Positions 57,808 through 57,904 of a DNA stretch of 57,904 nt are shown one piece after another. Made by a program: the position numbers and the translations under genes. The stretch's first letter is position 1. Each line of letters begins with the position of its first letter. Source of the stretch: a virus (Duplodnaviria > Caudoviricetes); the IMG/VR virus record IMGVR_UViG_3300030012_002820, positions 1 through 57,904 of that record. One strand, 5' to 3'. A model generated the notes under the pieces. It worked only from the letters and a program-made list of their open reading frames with translations, searched no databases and was not told where the DNA came from.

Positions 57808-57904
57808 TACTACAGTAGCGTTAGGGTCTTTAACTCTTATGTATTGCTCATCAGCTTTTAAATCGCCATGAAATAATTTAAAATCTTTTGCAAATAATTG
57901 TCCA
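57806..57904. repeat. 99-bp terminal direct repeat (copy 2)
   Basis: Identical to 1-99. Confidence 0.95.

Noticed and set aside
1-57904. Stop-codon reassignment as in some crAss-like phages
   Set aside because: The standard code gives full-length hallmark genes; TAG and TGA end coupled genes normally; no suppressor tRNA was seen.

Overview
The window looks like a complete, circularly assembled AT-rich dsDNA podophage genome of 57,805 bp; positions 1-99 are identical to 57806-57904, probably an assembly overlap. The minus strand (39.4 kb down to 1, continuing through the join to 52.7 kb) carries packaging, head, tail, branched tail-fibre, lysis and ejection-protein genes. The plus strand (39.6-52.7 kb) carries early, recombination and replication genes: a Cas4-like nuclease, a Rad52/Sak-like annealase, an SSB, DUF932, a Dam-family MTase, a spore-photoproduct-lyase-like radical SAM enzyme, DnaB and a RuvC-like resolvase. 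I recognised no DNA polymerase, primase, integrase, tRNA or CRISPR array. Two things stand out. (1) A 2,678-aa ORF that the ORF track missed crosses the join (6728->1/57805->56497). It contains double-psi-beta-barrel RNA polymerase motifs (HRNP...GDWDGD), a zincin HEYAH domain and SAP/HeH motifs, so it is probably a virion-delivered, crAss-type RNA polymerase in a small genome that uses SD and sigma70-type signals. (2) At the start of the early arm (40.5-41.3 kb) there is a tandem array of at least six stem-closed structured RNAs separated by AU-rich linkers, with further copies dispersed downstream. One motif is duplicated with compensatory base changes. All function calls come from reading motifs by eye; no searches or folding programs were run.
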